This document shows positions 48,822 to 64,000 of a stretch of DNA of 64,000 nt, piece by piece. Position 1 is the first letter of the stretch. Every line of letters begins with the position of its first letter. The stretch covers positions 1,178,001 through 1,242,000 of the forward strand of contig CM035356.1 in the NCBI GenBank assembly GCA_020137815.1, read 5' to 3'. The notes under the pieces are model-generated. The model saw nothing but the letters and a program-made list of their open reading frames with translations, was not told the DNA's origin and ran no database searches. The position numbers and the translations under genes are program-made. This DNA is from Hormiphora californensis. Its lineage: Eukaryota; Animalia; Ctenophora.

Positions 48822-49427
48822 TTAACTACTTATCTAACCTCTCACACTCGACTCGCAAGATGACAATGTGTATGTAACACGCGGCAGCGCATTTCATGTT
48901 TTGTTGAGTGGTGCGCACACACACGTCCATCAAACGGTGCCAATGAGGTGTTTGATGAAGGAGCAGCTCGTCACTGTGTGCGCGGCTCTAGTTGCTACAC
49001 CGTTGCCCCTCGCAACGAAAGTGTGACCAAAATGGTCCCTCTACCGATTAGTTAGTATACCAAAATGTCGTTTTCGAATTCTAACCCTGCTATGCCTTTT
49101 TACAAAGTAAAAAGGCATCCGGGTGAATGCCTTCGGCATTCACCCGGGCAGGGAAAAAATCACTTAATGAAAGAGATCAAGAGGGAAAATCACTATGTTT
49201 ACAGATAACTGCAACACACAATGTCTCACCAGTAAGGGGTATCATAATAGGGTTCAATTGGTGGCGGTGGTCTACAGATAGAGGGGGAGTGAATTAGTTG
49301 GAGCAGTGAAGCAATGTCAGAAAAAGCTCTTATGACCCAGGCCTACTCCAAAAATAATCTGAGTGACGATTGGCGGGGGTCTGAGCATTCCGGGTTCTCA
49401 GACGCCACGAACTGCGGTCTAATTTAC

Positions 49428-58808
<9,381 letters not shown>

Positions 58809-59139
58809 TTCAAAAATGGGAAAGCTTGACCTGTATCTGTTACTGAAACTGGCAACTGGTCAGTAATTATCTGTCACATAGTTAGTTGGGCACTGATAGT
58901 CATAAGTCAACCGTCAACAGAAATTGCATCAGTCACGTGGGCAACCCCCCCCCCTTTTCGCTCGAACCTCCAAAGACCAAAAGACCAAAACATCCTACAA
59001 GGCTGAGAGGCTTAGAGCTTCAGCAGTTACCTAAAGCGGGACAAATGCAAAAAACAACGAGCCGTCACGGGGGTCTCAGATAATAAACACACACCGCGAT
59101 TGGTCACAAAGTGAATCTACAAAGTGGTACAACACTGAA

Positions 59140-59387
59140 GGCCAGCGTTAAAATCTGGGTGTTTTGGGAGTGCTGACAAACGGTTTTTTAGGGTTAGGGC
59201 TAAAGTAGGGTTAGGGTTAGGGTTGGGGTTTGGGTTGGGGTTAGGCCTTGACATTCCCTACCATATAAACTTTGAATCAGCCAAAACGGTTGAGTGGTTT
59301 GGCGGTTAGAGCCATTTTAGTGAATCAACTTTTTTGGCAGCGCGCACCTGTAAACAGGCCTCCAAACACCCAGATCGTAACGGCGCC
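59140..59387. mobile_element. MULE-like MITE with TTAGGG-like array (copy 2)
   Basis: Near-identical to 14085-14332. 10-bp TSD CAACACTGAA / CAACACCGAA. Confidence 0.85.
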
Positions 59388-59479
59388 CAACACCGAAGTG
59401 TCGAGAGTACCCTCGTAAAGTCGGATTTTTTGAAGTTGTCACCCCCCTTTTCGTGCGTTGGCATACGTTGCAGGCCCCT

Positions 59480-59773
59480 AGGGATCCCTAAAAAAGTTCA
59501 GTATTTACACAGTGTTTACACAGTCTTTACTCAGTCGTTACACCCAGAGCGCCCGCGCCGCTCTGGGTGTAAAGACTGCGTCTTTCGCACTCGATTTGCA
59601 GCGTTTTCGGAAACTTTTTTCGCCGCAGCGCTCAATTTACTCAATTGTGCAGCACACAATCCAATATTTTCTTAGAAAAAGCCGCAAAACGCAGCACGCG
59701 CCGCTCTGGGTGTAATGACTGAGTAAAGACTGTGTAAACGCTGTGTAAATACTGAACTTTTTTAGGGATCCCT
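59480..59773. mobile_element. Nested palindromic MITE
   Basis: TIR AGGGATCCCTAAAAAAGTTCAGTATTTACACAG / CTGTGTAAATACTGAACTTTTTTAGGGATCCCT. Confidence 0.8.
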
Positions 59774-60460
59774 CTTATAATATAATATAAGGGGCCTGGA
59801 GGGAATACCGCGCTGGGGGGGAATACATAAACAATCATATCTCCGGTTCCAGATAAGGTACAGAAATCGTTTTGGTAGCGTTGGAAAGAGGAAGATAACA
59901 GCTTTAAAATGCAACCGGTTTCAGGTCTCTATCTTATCAGGAACAGGAGATATGAACCAAACTCCGCAAAATCGAGTGCGGTAAAATTAAAAAAATTCGA
60001 AATTTTAATTCAAATTTGAAACTTGGCATACGTTGGAAAATCGTGACGTCACTTTTTGAAAACAACCCATCTTTGAACGGTTATTGCTCAGCTTCCTGAA
60101 GTCCAATTAACTTCTCTCAAAAACAGCAAGGTAGATAATTGTCAGATCTAACAGCTAGTGAAAGAATCAAGTCAAACGGACTTCAGGGGCCAAAGTTATA
60201 AGCACCGCCGTTTTTTCGCTCGCAAAGTTATCTTCGACTCAGCTGGGCCCGTCCTGAGCTCAGGCCAAACGCGCGCGCGGCATTCCCTTCAGTCCCCTCG
60301 TTGCGGGGGTGCGCGCATGAGGGGGCTGCAGCGCATTCCAATTTCGTGCGCAGAATGTTTTTGCGCGTCACATCACATGTTAACGTTAGGTGTGCGTGTG
60401 AAATTTGATAAATTTCACATGCGCGGTCATTTGGGGGTGATAACTTTAGTGGGAGACACT

Positions 60461-60524
60461 CTGTCAGGCCAATGCTCTGACCACAGTTCTCGCGCGAGAA
60501 TGGGTCAGGCCAATGCTCTGACAG
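60461..60524. mobile_element. 64-bp mini-element with 8-bp TSD
   Basis: CTGTCAG...CTGACAG ends with TSD GAGACACT. Related copies lie at about 2937-2995 and 45838-45900 (reverse). Confidence 0.75.
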
Positions 60525-61060
60525 GAGACACTAGCGTGGTACGCGCAAAAAAATGCGCGCCACACCAATTTCGTTTTGGCTCATATAACTCCTGTTCCTG
60601 ATAAGATAAAGACTTCAAACCTTCGCCATTCGATGGGGCTTGAAATTTCCTTTCCAACGGTACCCAAACGAACTCTGTAGCTTATCAGGAACCGGAGATA
60701 TCATCAATTATGATAATCGTGTGGCGCGCATTTTTTTGCGCGTACCACGCTAGTGTCTCCCACTACTTCAAAAAATCCGACTTTATCCACCATGGAATTA
60801 AGAATTTGGATATTGTCGGATTGCTATTTGAAATCGGACAAATTTTTAAAAAATCAAAAAAAGGAAATTTCATACGATTTTTAAAAATTTTTGAAACTTA
60901 AGGTGCGCGCGAACTAAATGCAGCGCAAATGTAAAATTTATCGCGGAGTACAATTTTAAAAAGCGCCGGTTGGCGAGAAATAAATAAAAGTTTTGAAAAA
61001 AAATCTGAAAATTTTCAATTTCGGGCGCTTGGTTGAAAAGCGCGGAAAACGTTAAAATCT

Positions 61061-61234
61061 GGCCAGCGTTAAAATCTGGGTGGTTTGGGAGTGCAGACAG
61101 ACGGTTTTTAGGGTTAGGGCTAGAGTAGGGTTAGGGTTAGGGTTGGGGTTTGGGTTGGGGTTAGGCCTTGACATTCCCTACCAGATAAACTTTGAATCAG
61201 TCAAAACGGTTGAGTGGTTTGGCGGTTAGAGCCA
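61061..61234. mobile_element. MULE-like TTAGGG MITE (copy 3, right end missing)
   Basis: Matches copies 1 and 2 up to GGTTAGAGCCA, then is interrupted by another element. Confidence 0.8.
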
Positions 61235-61991
61235 CTATGGCGGTGCATGAGTGCACGATGAAATTTTCAACAAAAACATGAAAAAAATTTAAAAAATGAA
61301 AAAGAAAAAAAGAACAATTAAAAAAAAATTATAAAAACGATTTTTGAAATTTTGTGTGCACTCATGCACCGCGTGAACGGCTCAAAAGTGCACGGTAAAA
61401 AAATTGTTCCATTTTTTTGACAAATGTTCATTTGCCTCAAATGTTGTTTTTAGACGTCGTCCCACCGTCCGCCAAGCTTGACACGTCGTCTAGACCGAGG
61501 CTGTACCCGTCTAGACGTGTTTTACCCAAGATGGGCTTGAGATGGAGTGAAATGGGCTTGAGACGGGTTGAAATGGGCTTGAAATTGGCTTGAAACGGGC
61601 TCGAAACAGGCTTGAGACGGGCTACTCGTAAAACGCAAGTCTTTAGCCTATTTCAACCCGTCTCAAGCCCATCTGAATCCGTCTCAAGCCCATCTAGGGT
61701 AAAACACGTCTTGACAGGTACAGCCTCGGTCTAGACGACGTGACACGCTTGACGGACGCTGAGACGACGTCTAAAAACAAAATTTGAGGCAAATGAACAT
61801 TTGTCAAAAAAATGGAACAATTTTTTTACCGTGCACTTTTGAGCCGTTCACGCGGCGCATGAGTGCACACAAAATTTTCAAAAATCGTTTTTTTCATTTT
61901 TAAAAAATGTTTCTTTTTTTCTTTTTCATTTTTTTAATTTTTTTTCATGTTTTTGTTGAAAATTTCATCGTGCACTCATGCACCGCCATAG
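61235..61991. mobile_element. Palindromic foldback MITE
   Basis: TIR CTATGGCGGTGCATGAGTGCACGATGAAATTTTC and its reverse complement. Long inverted arms surround central 11-bp tandem units (A(A/G)A(T/C)GGGCTTG). Confidence 0.85.
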
Positions 61992-63187
61992 GGCTGTGAT
62001 TGTGGCTGTGATGAGCTGTCGAGGTGAGAGGACATGTAGATTTCATGGGTGTAAAGTAACTGTGAAAGTTGTGTTTTCTCCTTTTGGTCGGGATACGAAC
62101 TGAATAGGGTTTTATTGTAGAACAACGCTACGTTCTACAATATGATATCAAAATTAAAACCCGTCTAATACTCTAGTACTCATTTCATAAAGCTGGTCAG
62201 TGGTCCAGATCCGGCCGGAAGGAGAAAACACAGCTTCCTCGTTAATTATGCGGCTAATCAACAATTTTCTCTCAATAGCTGAGAAACTGATACTGATAGT
62301 TCCCATAATTTATGTGAAAAATGCGGATCTGTGTGTTATATGTATAATTATCAATTGCCTGATTACCATGCTATTCATTATCATATTTTTAATTTTGTTA
62401 CCTTATTTATAAAACTAAAAGATGTTTATAATTTGACTCCCTACACTGGCGAAAAAAGGAAGATGCTACTGGTTCAATGTTTCAAACATTGTTTGGTCAT
62501 GTCATGTTTTTGTTCATCAGCAAGCTGCCGTCTGCCCTGTTAAATTGACGCCAGGGCGCGAATGTTTGTCTGTTTGTCTGTGACTTGAAGGGAGAAACGG
62601 CTGACGCGGAGATCAACTCTGTGGGAATTTCGCGCGAGATTTCACGGCGCGCACGTCGTATGAAAGGTCGAGCACAAGGTCTGACCAGTCACGTGACCAC
62701 TGCGCGTCGTTGAACCGCCGTTGAGCCGCAGCGCGAAAAAAAGTGCTGACATTGACCGGACCTTGTGCTCGACCTTGTGCTCGACCTTCATGTGCTCGAC
62801 CTGAACATTTCCGAGTATGCTCATCGTTTTGGTGCTTTTGTTTTTTTGTTCCCCCCCTCCCCCCCACCGTTTGGGTGGTCTAGAGCCCAGGGCGCTATTT
62901 CCTGTAAATTTCACAAGAAAATCAGCTCACCTTTTCTTATTTTTTTGCGTCTTACTCTTTTTGCTGAATTTTTCCGTTTTTTGGCGAGTTTTTCCATTTT
63001 CTTCTCTTATCTTCTCTCATCCATAAATAAAAAAATAAATCTCGTCCAAAAGTGGGTCTTGAACCGGGGACCCACTGGACTCAGTCTTTCTTCGCCCCTG
63101 CTAGAACATAAAGGGTAGAGTCATTTTAATTTTAAGTGCAAGGTACTTATTTGGCAGTGTGTGCCTGTAAAGGGACCTAACATGTGT

Positions 63188-63252
63188 CTACCCTAAATTC
63201 AGACCTACCCTAAATTCAGACCTACCCTAAATTCAGACCAACCCTAAATTCT
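63188..63252. repeat. 17-bp tandem repeat CTACCCTAAATTCAGAC, about 4 copies
   Basis: Direct repeats with no spacers. Confidence 0.85.
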
Positions 63253-64000
63253 GTTGAAGTTCTACCGACCCGCCAATGCAAACATACATATCGCAAGGGC
63301 GCCCATTTGAGTTAGGTGAGATTAAAATCTCAAATCTGAGTACCTCGAAGCCTGTGCTACACTGAAACCGATTTTTTCTTTCAATCGGATAACGCCATGC
63401 AACAACATGGCAAATTTTAGTAAACTAAGCTGTATCTTGTGGAGTGCACGTTTTTGACGGCCACAGCAATACATGGAACTAAAGCACAATCCAAATTTGT
63501 TTAAAATAAGGCCATTTGCCAAAGAGTTTATTGGGTCTCGTGGCTGTCGTCTGTTCACAATTGTGAGTAATGGACTGATGGCCTAACATGTATTGTTTGA
63601 TGGCATATATAATTTCACTCTACCCGAGAGATTTATCTTCAATCTCTATTTTCTCCCCTAACGAAGCTGTCAGTAAAACTTCGAGGAGAGAAATATAAAT
63701 CGTGTTTAAGCAATATGTCAAATATATAGGAGCTTATAATGAGGCCGGCCTCATCTCCTTGAAGAGAGGGATTGCTCCTCAAAAAGCACATTAACTTAAT
63801 AACTAGTTTTTATCCGTTTTCAATTCCTAGTGGTTTTAATAAAATAGCTTACTTATAATTGCTACTTTAATAGCTCTTCTGCTAGGCTATGCTTGGTGTA
63901 CTTAGATTGCAAAACCTCCACCAACTGGTTATGCTTAACAAGAATAACTGCATTATGTTTCATAATGCTATGTTTCCCCGCCAACCTTTATTTTGATAAC

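Larger units (their letters stand above)
59416..60785. mobile_element. Composite non-autonomous TIR element
   Basis: Outer TIR TAAAGTCGGATTTTTTGAAGT / ACTTCAAAAAATCCGACTTTA. Internal inverted segments at about 59835-59890 and 60645-60703. Confidence 0.65.

Noticed and set aside
63188-63252. CRISPR-like repeat
   Set aside because: Contiguous 17-bp tandem units with no spacers, eukaryotic context and no cas genes.

Overview
Eukaryotic, intron-rich, repeat-dense DNA. It is probably ctenophore (Pleurobrachia/Hormiphora-like); this is an inference from recall of the 43.5-kb MITE, not a search result. By hand-splicing GT-AG exons I reconstruct these genes: a DNase I-family gene (-, about 1.6-6.7 kb); a divergent aldo-keto reductase (-, 8.6-11.6 kb) hosting an intronic tRNA-Thr(UGU); SET/TAF-I (+, 15.5-21.6 kb); a PLEKHD1-like PH/coiled-coil gene with a giant charged terminal exon (+, 23.9-42.9 kb); and an AKNA-domain-like gene (-, about 49.4-58.8 kb). 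The last SET intron hides an antisense sulfotransferase-fold gene with degenerate catalytic motifs, plus a 5'-truncated RNase H-type LINE. Non-coding space is filled with non-autonomous DNA elements: Tc1/mariner-like, Kolobok-like TTAA, hAT-like and MULE-like MITEs, foldbacks carrying tRNA-like cores, and tiny hairpins. An ORF1-only retroelement and CT/GA microsatellites are also present. No clearly new system is proven. The best leads are the nested pseudo-sulfotransferase, the His->Tyr AKR with two alternative N-terminal exons, the tRNA-containing foldbacks and the telomere-repeat MULE-MITE.
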